Assembly: GCA_905233975.1 (NCBI GenBank)
Contig: CAJOGD010000001.1
Location: 162,635-226,634 of the forward strand
Direction: 5' to 3'
Source of the DNA: an uncultured Alphaproteobacteria bacterium
Lineage (GTDB): Bacteria; Pseudomonadota; Alphaproteobacteria; Rs-D84
DNA length: 64,000 bases
Shown: positions 40,210 to 50,000 of the stretch, one piece after another
Layout: every line of letters starts with the position of its first letter
How positions within the stretch are numbered: position 1 is the first letter of the stretch
The notes under the pieces: model-generated
The model's input: the letters and a program-made list of their open reading frames with translations, nothing else
The model's database searches: none
What the model was told of the DNA's origin: nothing
Made by a program: the position numbers and the translations under genes

Positions 40210-41541
40210 ATGAAGAAAATTGCCATCGCCGGACGGCCAAACACCGGCAAATCGACACTGTTTAACGCCCTGACGGGGACGCGGGACGCGTTGGTGCACG
40301 ACCGCCCCGGGGTCACGCGCGACACAATTTGTGGAACAATGACGTTTCGGGCGGATTGCACATTGTGCGATACGGCGGGGTTGGAAAACGCGCGCGCGGG
40401 TATTGCCGCCGATTCAACAAACATGGCGATTGATGCGATTTCTGGGGCCGATGCGATTCTGTTTGTCGTTGATGGGCGCGCCGGATTATTGCCCGAAGAT
40501 ATGAACTGGGCGCGCGCCGTTCGTCGCAAAACTAAATCGCCAATATTGTTGTTGGTGAATAAATCGGAATCAGTGCGGCGACTGGGCGATGTGCATGAGT
40601 TTTATAAGTTGGGCTTTGGCGAACCGGTTTTGATTTCGGCGGAACATAAACGCGGATTTGATGAAATTTTCGAATTTATAAATCGTGTTGCGCCGGAAAC
40701 GGATTCCATGGCGGCAAAACCTGAAGAAAGTCGCATAAAGATTGCAATTTTGGGACAACCGAATGTCGGAAAATCAACCCTGGTTAATCGTGTGTTGGGT
40801 GAAAACCGCCAAATTGTAAAGGACGAACCCGGTGTGACACGTGATACGGTTAAAATCCCGGCGCGGTTTTATGGACGCGAAATATTATTGATGGATACGG
40901 CGGGATTGCGGCGTAAATCCAATGTGCGCGACGATGTTGAAACGCTATCTGCGCTAAAATCGATTGACGCCATAGACAAGGCGAACGTCGTTATCTTGGT
41001 CGTTGACGCCACGCGCGATATTGAAAACCAGGCGTTGGGCATTGCCGCGCGTGTTTACGACGCCGGAAAAATTCTGTGCGTTGCGTTGAATAAATGGGAC
41101 CTGGTGCCGGCGGAAGAACGCGATGAAAAACTGTTGAAACTTAAACACCATTTTGCGAATTCGTATCATCAGATAATAAAGCCGATGATGTTGGCGATTT
41201 CTGCGGAAACCGGAACCGGCGTTCAAAATATGTTTAAACGCATTTACGAACAATGGGACATTTCGACTGCAACCGCACCAACAAGTTTGATAAATAAAAT
41301 CATCGCGGAATTGGTTGAAAAGCGGCAACCGCCTATGTCGCGCCTTAAACGCCCGATGAAGATAAAGTTCGCGTCACAGACCGGCCGGCACCCAATGCGC
41401 ATTACGATAAATGTTGGTGGCGCGTCGGACATACCGGAATCATATACGCGATACCTGCGCCGCGGAATTGCGAACGCGTTGCATTGGGAACATTTGCCGA
41501 TAGTTATCGAATATAAAAAATCAGAAAACCCGTTTGACTAA
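40210..41541 (+). CDS. der: Ribosome-biogenesis GTPase Der (EngA), tandem GTPase domains
   Basis: Two G1 motifs, GRPNTGKST and GQPNVGKST, and a C-terminal KH-like domain. The start was set at MKKIAIAG. Confidence 0.9.
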   Translation: MKKIAIAGRPNTGKSTLFNALTGTRDALVHDRPGVTRDTICGTMTFRADCTLCDTAGLENARAGIAADSTNMAIDAISGADAILFVVDGRAGLLPEDMNWARAVRRKTKSPILLLVNKSESVRRLGDVHEFYKLGFGEPVLISAEHKRGFDEIFEFINRVAPETDSMAAKPEESRIKIAILGQPNVGKSTLVNRVLGENRQIVKDEPGVTRDTVKIPARFYGREILLMDTAGLRRKSNVRDDVETLSALKSIDAIDKANVVILVVDATRDIENQALGIAARVYDAGKILCVALNKWDLVPAEERDEKLLKLKHHFANSYHQIIKPMMLAISAETGTGVQNMFKRIYEQWDISTATAPTSLINKIIAELVEKRQPPMSRLKRPMKIKFASQTGRHPMRITINVGGASDIPESYTRYLRRGIANALHWEHLPIVIEYKKSENPFD

Positions 41542-41594
41542 ATCCTTGAATTTTAATAATGGTCTGCTATGCTGATGTGCAAAAGGAAGACGGT

Positions 41595-43121
41595 ATGGAT
41601 ACCAATTACACTGTTTTGGCGCGAAAGTATCGCAGTCAGGATTTTCAATCTCTTATTGGCCAAGATGTTTTGGTTAAAACACTAACGACCGCAATTAAAA
41701 CCGGCCGCATTGCACACGCATATATTTTCACCGGAATTCGTGGAACCGGAAAAACCAGTACTGCACGTATTCTGGCCAAGGCGTTAAATTGCCTGTCGTC
41801 TGATGGACCGACGGCAACGCCATGTGGAACGTGTGAAAATTGTCGTGCAATTGCCGCGGGGCAACATATCGACGTGTTGGAAATCGACGCGGCGTCGCAT
41901 ACGGGCGTTGATAACATGCGCGAAATTTTGGACGCGGCACAGTATCGTCCAACCAATGGCCGGTACAAGGTTTATATTATCGACGAAGTTCATATGCTTT
42001 CGTCCAGTGCGTTTAACGCGTTGCTTAAAACATTGGAAGAACCGCCGGCACATGTGATATTCATACTTGCCACCACCGAAATACGCAAGGTTCCCGTCAC
42101 GATTCTTTCGCGGTGTCAACGTTTTGACCTGGTGCGCGTTCCGGTTGATACATTGAAAAAACATTTCGCATGGATTGCGGACCAAGAAAAGGTCGAATTA
42201 AGTGACGCGGCAAATGAATTACTCGCGCGGGCGGCGGACGGTTCTGTGCGTGACGGGCTTTCGTTGCTTGACCAGGCGATTGCGCAAACCGGCGGACACG
42301 TTGATGAAAAATCCGTTATGGATATGTTAAAGCGCGCGGATCGCGGTGTTGTCGTTGACTTTATGCAAACGATTTTATCTGGGAATGTCGCGGCGGCACT
42401 TGCCAAAACGGACGAGATTTATACGAATGGCGCGGACCTGACGATGTTGCTGACCGACATGATGGAATGGGTTCATTGGGCAACGCGTATGCATCCCGTT
42501 CTGCGCGCGGGCGATAGCAATCATGTCCCATATACCGCGGACCAGCGCGAACGTATAAATGAAATAAATAAACATGTGTCGTTGAATACCCTATCACGAA
42601 TATGGCAGGTTTTGGTCGCGTCTGTGTCCGAAATGGCGGCGGCGACGAATCAAAAGCAATGTTTTGATATGTTGGTAATTCGGTTAATGCATGTTGCGGA
42701 TATGCCGTCTTTGCCGGAAATATTGAAACAGGAAAAAACCGACGCACCGCGGCCGGCACCAAAAATCGAAGAACCGAAAAAATTAGAAATTCGTTCTGCG
42801 TCAGAATTGGCGGACGCATTGGAACGTGCGCGCGAAATGTTGCTCTATTCATATTTCACGAAAAATATAGAGGTTTCAGATTTTTCCGGCACGCATATAT
42901 CTTACTTTGACCGCGGCAATGATTCTGATTTCCAAAAGAAATTGGTCGCGTGGTTAAACAGTAAGACCGGCGCAAATTGGGTCGTGGAAAAAATTGAAAA
43001 ATCCGCACTTAACCAAACTGTCGGTGAACAAGAAAAGGCCGCGGCCGAATCTGATCCGATGGTTGCGGATGCGATGTCATTGTTCGAAGGTGCGGAAATC
43101 GTCGGTATTGCAAAACAATAA
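41595..43121 (+). CDS. dnaX: DNA polymerase III subunit gamma/tau
   Basis: AAA+ GIRGTGKTSTARILA, zinc module CGTCENC, SRC motif. The start was set at MDTNYTVLARKY (SD 'aaggaag'). Confidence 0.85.
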   Translation: MDTNYTVLARKYRSQDFQSLIGQDVLVKTLTTAIKTGRIAHAYIFTGIRGTGKTSTARILAKALNCLSSDGPTATPCGTCENCRAIAAGQHIDVLEIDAASHTGVDNMREILDAAQYRPTNGRYKVYIIDEVHMLSSSAFNALLKTLEEPPAHVIFILATTEIRKVPVTILSRCQRFDLVRVPVDTLKKHFAWIADQEKVELSDAANELLARAADGSVRDGLSLLDQAIAQTGGHVDEKSVMDMLKRADRGVVVDFMQTILSGNVAAALAKTDEIYTNGADLTMLLTDMMEWVHWATRMHPVLRAGDSNHVPYTADQRERINEINKHVSLNTLSRIWQVLVASVSEMAAATNQKQCFDMLVIRLMHVADMPSLPEILKQEKTDAPRPAPKIEEPKKLEIRSASELADALERAREMLLYSYFTKNIEVSDFSGTHISYFDRGNDSDFQKKLVAWLNSKTGANWVVEKIEKSALNQTVGEQEKAAAESDPMVADAMSLFEGAEIVGIAKQ

Positions 43122-43140
43122 TTGTTATATGGGGGGAAAT

Positions 43141-43596
43141 ATGAAAACCGAATCAGGACGTTCTTTGATTGAAATCATTGGGGTTGTGGCCGTCACCGGG
43201 GTAATGACGGCGGGCGCGATTGCGATATATAATTCAATACGACATAATCAACGGAATACTATTGCCGCCGCCGAATTGCGTCAACTTGCCAAGGATATAA
43301 ACATGCTGATGGGAATGCGTGGTGATTACACCGGCATATCTGTCGATTATTTGGTCAAGGCGGGCGCATTACAAAACCCCAACGCGCCGATTGGCAAAAC
43401 ATGGACCATTGATGTTGGGATTGATAAAACAACATTTGTGATAAATATATACGGCATGTCGCGCGGCGAATGTGAATTCTTTGCGTCTGCGGCACCGGCA
43501 TGGGCAACAGGCATGTATATCAATGGATACCGGGCCGAAGAAGTTGTGAATTGTTTTGACGGTACCGAAAACAATATTTCTTTTACGGGTATGTAG
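43141..43596 (+). CDS. Type IV pilin-like or pseudopilin-like protein with an atypical prepilin N-terminus
   Basis: MKTESG|RSLIEIIGVVAVTGVMTAGAIAIY. Gly(-1), Glu(+5) and a hydrophobic helix are present. Arg replaces Phe or Met at +1. A C-terminal Cys pair is present. SD 'ggggg'. Confidence 0.5.
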   Translation: MKTESGRSLIEIIGVVAVTGVMTAGAIAIYNSIRHNQRNTIAAAELRQLAKDINMLMGMRGDYTGISVDYLVKAGALQNPNAPIGKTWTIDVGIDKTTFVINIYGMSRGECEFFASAAPAWATGMYINGYRAEEVVNCFDGTENNISFTGM

Positions 43597-43597
43597 T

Positions 43598-44275
43598 ATG
43601 CATCGGTTAATGGTTGCGACTTTTGCATTGTTATTTGTGTCCGGCTGTATGTCGTACAGAAGCCCGGACCGTTCCACATGGTCAACCTATTTGTATGGTG
43701 CAAGTTTTACCGACATGACCGAAACCGCACGAATTGCGAAAAAACCGATTTACCAAGGCCGGGGCGGAAAAACGGTGGCCGAAGTTTCTGACCAAAACCC
43801 GGGCATGGAATATGGCGATAAAAATCAAAACGAATCGGCGATGTATGTTGAATATATGTCTGAATTGGAAAGCGCGTTATATGACGCGTTGCGCCGTCCC
43901 GGCCTTTCGGTCCAACGTGCCGGCACAGACGTCGTGGTCATATTGGTTCGCGATGCGATTATGGAATTGAACGCCCCGGAAATATCGGCGGACGGCGACG
44001 ACAACCTTGGCACTATTGCAAAAATTTTAAAGAAATATGACGCGACGTTTGTTGAAATTGCGGGCTATACCGATTCTATGCGTGACACAAATGCGGCGCG
44101 TGCATTTTCATTGGACATGGCGGAACGCGTCGGTGTTTATTTGTCGCGTTATGGTGTAAAGACCGCACGCATGTTTATCGTTGGTCGCGGGTCCGCACGC
44201 CCGATTGCCGCCCAAGATGAATGGGGCCGCCTTACCAATCGGCGCGTTGAATTAAGAATATCGCCCGTTCGATAA
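43598..44275 (+). CDS. OmpA-family lipoprotein (peptidoglycan-binding)
   Basis: Lipobox LFVSGC. C-terminal OmpA-domain motifs TDSMRDTNAARAFSLDMAERV...NRRVELRI. Confidence 0.7.
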   Translation: MHRLMVATFALLFVSGCMSYRSPDRSTWSTYLYGASFTDMTETARIAKKPIYQGRGGKTVAEVSDQNPGMEYGDKNQNESAMYVEYMSELESALYDALRRPGLSVQRAGTDVVVILVRDAIMELNAPEISADGDDNLGTIAKILKKYDATFVEIAGYTDSMRDTNAARAFSLDMAERVGVYLSRYGVKTARMFIVGRGSARPIAAQDEWGRLTNRRVELRISPVR

Positions 44276-44352
44276 AAAAATAATAAAATTGTCTTTTATT
44301 TTTTATTTTTTGTTGTTATAGTCACACCGTCAACAAAACAAAAGGAAGAAAA

Positions 44353-45021
44353 ATGGTAAAAACAAAAACTCAAGCCGGGGAGACGGCAACAAAAAAATAT
44401 GTTAAATTTGGTATCGTGGCGGCTATCGTAATCGCGGTTGCGGTTATTGGCCTGTTCGCTGTCAGGGCTTTTTCGGGCAGAACGGTTAGCGCCGAAACGG
44501 CGATTGACGGCATTACACCTGACGCGGTATCTGGTGGCGATTTGCGTGTTGCGGTTGTGCGTATGGACGCGATTCAGTCCGAGGCCAAGGCCCTGCAGGA
44601 TTTGCGCAAACAACGTGAAAACTATGAAAGCAAACTGCGTGATGAATTGACCAAGGAACAAAAAGAATTGGAAAAAGAAAAAGAAGAAATCGAAAAATCC
44701 CAAGACGTCTTGTCCCAGGAAGCATTGCAACGTCGCGTTGTTGAATACCAAGGCAAGGTGACAAAATTGCAACGTGATTTGACCGAACGTGCCCAGGCTG
44801 TGGACGCCGCGTTCCAAAAGGCGTTGGTCGAAATCCAAGAAAAGCACCTTGATCCGATTATCGAAGCGGTTATTGCGAAAAAGAATTTGTCTTTGGTAAT
44901 TGATGGTCGTTTTGCGCGTGTTGCACCAAACATTGAAAACCTGGATATCACCAACGATGTTATCAAGGCGTTGGATAAAAAGGTTTCGAATGTAAAAATG
45001 GAAACACCGAAAGGGTTTTAA
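44353..45021 (+). CDS. skp: Skp/OmpH-family periplasmic chaperone
   Basis: N-terminal TM or signal segment, then a long coiled coil rich in K, E and Q (LQDLRKQRENYESKLRDELTKEQKELEKEKEE). SD 'aaaggaag'. Confidence 0.6.
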   Translation: MVKTKTQAGETATKKYVKFGIVAAIVIAVAVIGLFAVRAFSGRTVSAETAIDGITPDAVSGGDLRVAVVRMDAIQSEAKALQDLRKQRENYESKLRDELTKEQKELEKEKEEIEKSQDVLSQEALQRRVVEYQGKVTKLQRDLTERAQAVDAAFQKALVEIQEKHLDPIIEAVIAKKNLSLVIDGRFARVAPNIENLDITNDVIKALDKKVSNVKMETPKGF

Positions 45022-45122
45022 TGGAAAGTGTTTAGTGTTAGTGAAACCGGCGCACCCGCGCCGGTTTTTTACTACCCCGAAATACAATGGACAAACGTGC
45101 CGCGTTTGCGTAGAATGCATGC

Positions 45123-45428
45123 ATGGCATCAAGTAAAGATTTTTTGGAATTTGTATTGGACGGGCTATGCGAATTGCCCGACATAACATATCGCGCGATG
45201 ATGGGCGAATATGTCATTTACTATCGCGGCAAAGTTGTTGCGGGAATCTATGACAATCGTTTTTTGGTAAAACCAACGCCGGGCGTATTACGAATTGTTC
45301 CAAATGCGCCAATGGAAATACCATATGACGGCGGCCGCCCAATGATTATGATAGAAGACGCGGAAAACCGCGCATTGTTGCGTGAACTGTTCGACGCGAT
45401 ATATAACGATTTGCCAAAGAAAAAATAA
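45123..45428 (+). CDS. TfoX/Sxy N-terminal-domain protein (101 aa)
   Basis: RAMMGEYVIYYRGKVVAGIYDNRFLVKP matches the TfoX_N pattern (R.MFGG..lY..G..fa.v.d..LylK). Confidence 0.45.
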   Translation: MASSKDFLEFVLDGLCELPDITYRAMMGEYVIYYRGKVVAGIYDNRFLVKPTPGVLRIVPNAPMEIPYDGGRPMIMIEDAENRALLRELFDAIYNDLPKKK

Positions 45429-45431
45429 TTA

Positions 45432-46397
45432 TTATTGGTTTTGCGGGATATACACGTTTTTGTATGGTTCGTATTCTGTAATAACGTCACCTTGTTCCAA
45501 CTGCAAACCGTTCGCAAGTTGTATAAGCTGGTTTTGTGAAAATGAACCGAAACTTGAAATATTTATATATGCCGCATTATCTTGGAAAGTCCAACGCCTG
45601 CCTAGCCATATATGGTCGTTATTGGCACTGGTGGTATGCGCTGAAATTATCCGACCGTTTGCATCATAAACATATAAATTAAACTGTGTTGTAATATTAC
45701 AATTGGTAGAACCATTATAACTCAATATATACGTTTCACCGCCAATAATCGGAATAGGTGAACCGTTTGCCAATTTACCAGCGTTAGGTGCTTGGGTCGT
45801 ATACGTGGCGCCCCCATAGCTAGCCCAATCATTAAAACCAATATTGTTTTTATTAAATAAATTTTTGGTGTGTTCTTCGGTTGGGTTGTGTATCGAATAC
45901 ACCCAACAAAGGTCTGTTCCGGGTTTAAATTCCTTACATTTGAATTCTCTATCAAGTCCCTTCTTTAATGCGGCGTTAAAGGTTTTGGCGTCGATTAAAT
46001 TATCCGATTGTTCGGCGTATGTGCCGGTTGTCTGATAAATTCCTTTCTGCCCTATTCCGCCGGAATCACCGGTATATGTGACGGCGGTATGGTCGTTCAC
46101 CGCGGCGATGTCGTCCTGTTTTGTATCAAGTTTTGTATTCACGCCACCAACCATAGGCAGTGAATCTGTCCCGCCATTATCTAAATCCGATGTGACCGCA
46201 CGTTTTTGCACCGTTCCGGCCGCATTAGTATATTCCATCGCCTTGTTTGCTTCCGCGGTAAATTTATTTTGACGTGTATCAAGTTCATGTTCGACATAGT
46301 TAAGTGACGTTGCTGTTTTGCGGTCCGCGGCTTCCTCCGCCACCGCCGGCAATATTGCCGCCATCAACCCGAACAACAAAAACTTTTTCAACTGCAT
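45432..46397 (-). CDS. Secreted variable-family protein, paralog 3 (ends YIPQNQ)
   Basis: Start at MQLKKFLLFGLMAAILPAVA (SD 'aaggaga'). The N-terminus is conserved. The unique C-terminus contains a QLEQGDVITEYEPY jelly-roll-like terminal strand. Confidence 0.8.
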   Translation of the reverse strand: MQLKKFLLFGLMAAILPAVAEEAADRKTATSLNYVEHELDTRQNKFTAEANKAMEYTNAAGTVQKRAVTSDLDNGGTDSLPMVGGVNTKLDTKQDDIAAVNDHTAVTYTGDSGGIGQKGIYQTTGTYAEQSDNLIDAKTFNAALKKGLDREFKCKEFKPGTDLCWVYSIHNPTEEHTKNLFNKNNIGFNDWASYGGATYTTQAPNAGKLANGSPIPIIGGETYILSYNGSTNCNITTQFNLYVYDANGRIISAHTTSANNDHIWLGRRWTFQDNAAYINISSFGSFSQNQLIQLANGLQLEQGDVITEYEPYKNVYIPQNQ

Positions 46398-46800
46398 ATC
46401 GCTCTCCTTTTCTTTTTTCCCCGTCATCCCGCGCTTGACGCGGGATCTCCCCGTTATTGTCGCGGTTTTGCCCCTCGACGGCTCCGACGGGATTCCGGCT
46501 TTCGCCGGAATGACGGCTTTATGTAAGTCTCACTAGCCACTAACACTTACACCAAAATAAGTGCCGCAATGGAAACCAAGCGGTCGGGGTGTTCGAAAAT
46601 CATTTATGTCATTGATTCCCATGGCCTTTTGCAAAAGCATTATAGCCATAGGCACCCCAACATTGGGGTAAAATCTATAACGGTGCAAAACACGAATGGA
46701 GATTACGTGGATTACGATGCTTTGCACCGGACATAAACAGGCTTTCGACAGCCACGAACCAGATTCCCATCTGACTCACATTCATTATATCAAAAACCTT
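46398..46800 (-). promoter_or_regulatory. Type-A conserved 5' leader (second copy) with an upstream palindromic repeat module
   Basis: Box TGATATAAT (rc of ~46784-46793), a perfect extended -10. The covarying hairpin ccccaatgttgggg stands in for ccccgaataaaaggttcgggg of copy 1. It shares caccccgaccgcttggtttccattgcgg. Confidence 0.55.
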
Positions 46801-46817
46801 GGAAATGCGTCAAGACG

Positions 46818-46842
46818 AAAAAACGGCGCATACGCGCCGTTG
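46818..46842 (-). terminator. Rho-independent terminator after the sspB-like gene
   Basis: Hairpin aacggcgcatacgcgccgtt followed by a T-run on the reverse strand. Confidence 0.55.
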
Positions 46843-46843
46843 A

Positions 46844-47314
46844 TTAATCATTTTTTTTGCGCTTTCTAAATTCGTCCAGTGAAACAACCCGGCCGTCGTC
46901 GGGGATTGTGTCGCCCGTCCCGTCCAACGGCAATTCAATGTCATTATCCGGCGCGTTGCGTTCCGGGCCTTTGTGGAAAGACAACATGAAATCAACCGAC
47001 GGGTCTTTGAATTCAACAAGTGCCGAAAACGGAACACGAATAAAGAACGGTCGCCCATCAAATGTTAACTGAACACCGAATTCTTTGTCCGACACGTGCA
47101 AATTATTATACGAATATTGCAACACAATCGTCATCACGTCGGGATAGCGTATGCGCAGGAAATCCGGCAACACAACACCAAAATCATGCGTGCGAAAAGT
47201 GATAAAAAAATGCATGCCATCGCCAAGCCCGTTTATCTGGGCATGGATTAATGCTTCGCGCACAACGTTTTTTAATGCATTGTCTAATAATGATTGATAA
47301 TCGATTCTTGCCAT
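46844..47314 (-). CDS. ClpXP adaptor SspB-like protein (stringent starvation protein B family)
   Basis: The N-terminal fold pattern resembles SspB (LLDNALKNVVREAL...GMHFFITF...). The acidic C-terminal tail ends in ...EFRKRKKND. Confidence 0.45.
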   Translation of the reverse strand: MARIDYQSLLDNALKNVVREALIHAQINGLGDGMHFFITFRTHDFGVVLPDFLRIRYPDVMTIVLQYSYNNLHVSDKEFGVQLTFDGRPFFIRVPFSALVEFKDPSVDFMLSFHKGPERNAPDNDIELPLDGTGDTIPDDGRVVSLDEFRKRKKND

Positions 47315-47333
47315 TTCTTCCTCTTTGCGATAC

Positions 47334-48401
47334 CTAGATTATATTACTTACTTTATCTTTTGTGCAAGTGACAAATGCGGCGTCCGAAACATCGGCAAAA
47401 ACATCGGCGTCAATGCCGGTTGCCCAAACCTGGGCCGATGCGTCGCGCAGTTCGTCGAATAATTTTTTGCGTGCGTTCTTATCCAAATGCGCCGCGGCTT
47501 CATCAAGCAATATAATCGGATTCGCGCCCGTTTTTGTGTGAACAAGTTTCGCGTGCGCCAATATCATTTTTAACAATAATGTTTTTTGCTGGCCGGTGCT
47601 GGTAAGGTTCGCCGGCAAATTTAGTTCGTGATTAAACACGCCAAAGTCAGATTTATTCACGCCGTCCAAAACCATTTTGTCATTCACCAATTCACGATTG
47701 TTTTTTAGATAATCCAAATATTTTCTTTCTGCCACGCCGGCGCCGGATTCCATAATCATTGATTCAACCATACCGTCCACAGAAACCGCCGCGTTATCCA
47801 AGAAATAATTTATTTCGCCGGCATATTGAATACGCGCGGCGGCGATTGCAACGGCGGTCGCGGCGATTTGCGTGTCCAACGCGTCAATCCATTTCGCATT
47901 TGCACCCGCCTTTAACGCGCCCGCCCTTTCGGACAAAAGTTTTGCATGACGCGCCACGCGTCCGGCGTGTGCCGAATCAAAACTTGCGGCAAGCCGGTCA
48001 AAGAACGCGCGTCGCTCTGACGCGGCATCGATAAAGATTCTGTCTTCGCGCGGTGTAATCCAAACAATGCGTAAACGCCCCGCCAAATCGGAAAGTGTCG
48101 CCACGTCACCGTCAATCCGCGCATGTCGATTCGAATCACCGTTGTTAAAGTAAATGCAAATTTCCGTATCGTCGCAAAGTTCCGCAATTACCGAAAAACC
48201 GCCGTCGCCATCAAATCGCGCAATATCGGTCATGGGCGCGCCACGCATTCCACGATCGCCGGCAAGCATCGATACGGCCTCTATAATTGCGGTCTTGCCG
48301 GTTCCGTTTGCGCCGGTGATGATAACGTTCCTATGATCGCCGACAGAAAAGCGGCATGAAATATGGTTTCTAAAATTCGCAAGCGCAAGGTTTTTAATCA
48401 T
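47334..48401 (-). CDS. recF: DNA replication and repair protein RecF
   Basis: Walker A GANGTGKT and SMC-like signature regions. Confidence 0.85.
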   Translation of the reverse strand: MIKNLALANFRNHISCRFSVGDHRNVIITGANGTGKTAIIEAVSMLAGDRGMRGAPMTDIARFDGDGGFSVIAELCDDTEICIYFNNGDSNRHARIDGDVATLSDLAGRLRIVWITPREDRIFIDAASERRAFFDRLAASFDSAHAGRVARHAKLLSERAGALKAGANAKWIDALDTQIAATAVAIAAARIQYAGEINYFLDNAAVSVDGMVESMIMESGAGVAERKYLDYLKNNRELVNDKMVLDGVNKSDFGVFNHELNLPANLTSTGQQKTLLLKMILAHAKLVHTKTGANPIILLDEAAAHLDKNARKKLFDELRDASAQVWATGIDADVFADVSDAAFVTCTKDKVSNII

Positions 48402-48510
48402 ATTTTAACCAATAATTCAAGGTTCAGATTAAAGAGTTTTTCGCCATTTTGCAAGTGTAAAAGAAACCCAAAAAACAAAGAAAAAAGCGACAATTGTCGC
48501 CTTTTGAATT

Positions 48511-48584
48511 TGGAGGCTTGGGTCGGAATCGAACCGGCATACAAGGATTTGCAGTCCTCTGCATAACCACTCTGCCACCAAGCC
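48511..48584 (-). tRNA. tRNA-Cys (anticodon GCA)
   Basis: Reverse strand GGCTTGGTGGCAGAGTGGTTATGCAGAGGACTGCAAATCCTTGTATGCCGGTTCGATTCCGACCCAAGCCTCCA, with anticodon loop CTGCAAA. Confidence 0.8.
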
Positions 48585-48672
48585 ATTAAACAGCGTTTGG
48601 ATAATAACCAAAAAAAAATTGTTTTTCAACATAAAAAAATATACAATAAGTATTATCCCAAAGAGATGAAAA

Positions 48673-49998
48673 ATGACACGTTGGCAAATTGTTGCACTCT
48701 TTTGTTTTGTTCCTTTGTTCGCGCATGGGGCGAATAATGATTGTTTGTCGCGCAAAAATGCGCCAGACGGTGTTCTTGATTTGCAAACTGTTATTGAACT
48801 TGGATTATGTCGCAATCCTGAAACTATGTCGGCGTATTATTCGATGGAATCTGCGCGGTATAACAAAAACGCCGGATACGCCGGTTATTTGCCCGCGGTA
48901 AACGGCAACGCCAATATGACCAAGGGCTATCAAAATCATAATTGGGGGCCATGGGAATATGGCGCATCGATTTCCGCGTCTTATTTGATTTTTGACTTTG
49001 GCAAACGTTTGGCGGATTTGAATCAGTTGTCGTCCACGTGGCGCGCCATGGGATTTGATTATGATGATCGTGTGCAAAACTATGTCTATGGTGTAATCGG
49101 TGCGTATTACGCATTGCTGAATGCAGATGCCGATGTTGAAAGCGCGCGGTCACTGCGCACCGTTGCGCAAACCGCACTTGATACCGCAAACAAAAAATAT
49201 AGGGCCGGTGTCGTTGCGCGTGCCGATGTGTTAAAGGCCGAAACAACATTGGCAAGTCGGAACCTGGATTTGGAACGCGCAAAAAATAATCGTGAAATTG
49301 CCAAGGGAACATTACTAACCAAACTTTCGTTTCCGGCGGACGACGAAATAACTATTGCGGATATGTCTGGCGATTTCGGTTCGCCGCGCGAAAATCGCAG
49401 TATTGAAGAATTGATATCCGTTGCGCGTGAAAAACGCCCTGACCTGTTGCGGGCGGCGGCAAACAAAGACGCCGCGTGGCATCGGCGCAATTCTATGTTC
49501 CTGAAAAATTTGCCAAGTATAAGTGCGACCGGCACATTGTCTTGGAATGATAATGGAAACGAATATTTTTATAATGACAATTCACATATGGGTGGCAGTA
49601 TCGGTATCCGCGCGTCAATGCCGATATTTGCGGGCTTTGCAAATATGTATGGTGTCAAAAGTGCGCAGGCGTCTTATGAAGGCGCGGCGGAAAACCTGCG
49701 CAATGCAAATGATAATGCGATGCTTGATGTGTTTACCGCATATCAAAACTATAAAACCGCACAGACAGTTTTAATGCAAACCGAAACATTATTAAAATCT
49801 GCGACCGAATCAGAACATGTGACCGCGGGCATGTATAGGGTTGGACGTGCAACTATGCTTGATTGGCAAACGGCACAATCTGAATTGGTGTCTGCGCAGA
49901 AACAAAATAACGCGGCAAAATACGATTTGTTTATAAGACGTGCCGCGGTCGCATTGGCCATTGGTGATATTAAATCAGAAATTGAAAAGGAAGAATAA
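48673..49998 (+). CDS. TolC-family outer-membrane efflux protein
   Basis: Signal peptide and two repeated coiled-coil/beta segments typical of outer-membrane factors. 441 aa. Confidence 0.7.
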   Translation: MTRWQIVALFCFVPLFAHGANNDCLSRKNAPDGVLDLQTVIELGLCRNPETMSAYYSMESARYNKNAGYAGYLPAVNGNANMTKGYQNHNWGPWEYGASISASYLIFDFGKRLADLNQLSSTWRAMGFDYDDRVQNYVYGVIGAYYALLNADADVESARSLRTVAQTALDTANKKYRAGVVARADVLKAETTLASRNLDLERAKNNREIAKGTLLTKLSFPADDEITIADMSGDFGSPRENRSIEELISVAREKRPDLLRAAANKDAAWHRRNSMFLKNLPSISATGTLSWNDNGNEYFYNDNSHMGGSIGIRASMPIFAGFANMYGVKSAQASYEGAAENLRNANDNAMLDVFTAYQNYKTAQTVLMQTETLLKSATESEHVTAGMYRVGRATMLDWQTAQSELVSAQKQNNAAKYDLFIRRAAVALAIGDIKSEIEKEE

Positions 49999-50000
49999 CG

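Noticed and set aside
44296-45189. 297-aa reverse-strand ORF
   Set aside because: It is low-complexity and rich in F, L, Q and N, and it is entirely antisense to the well-supported Skp-like gene (44353-45021). There is no SD and no motifs.
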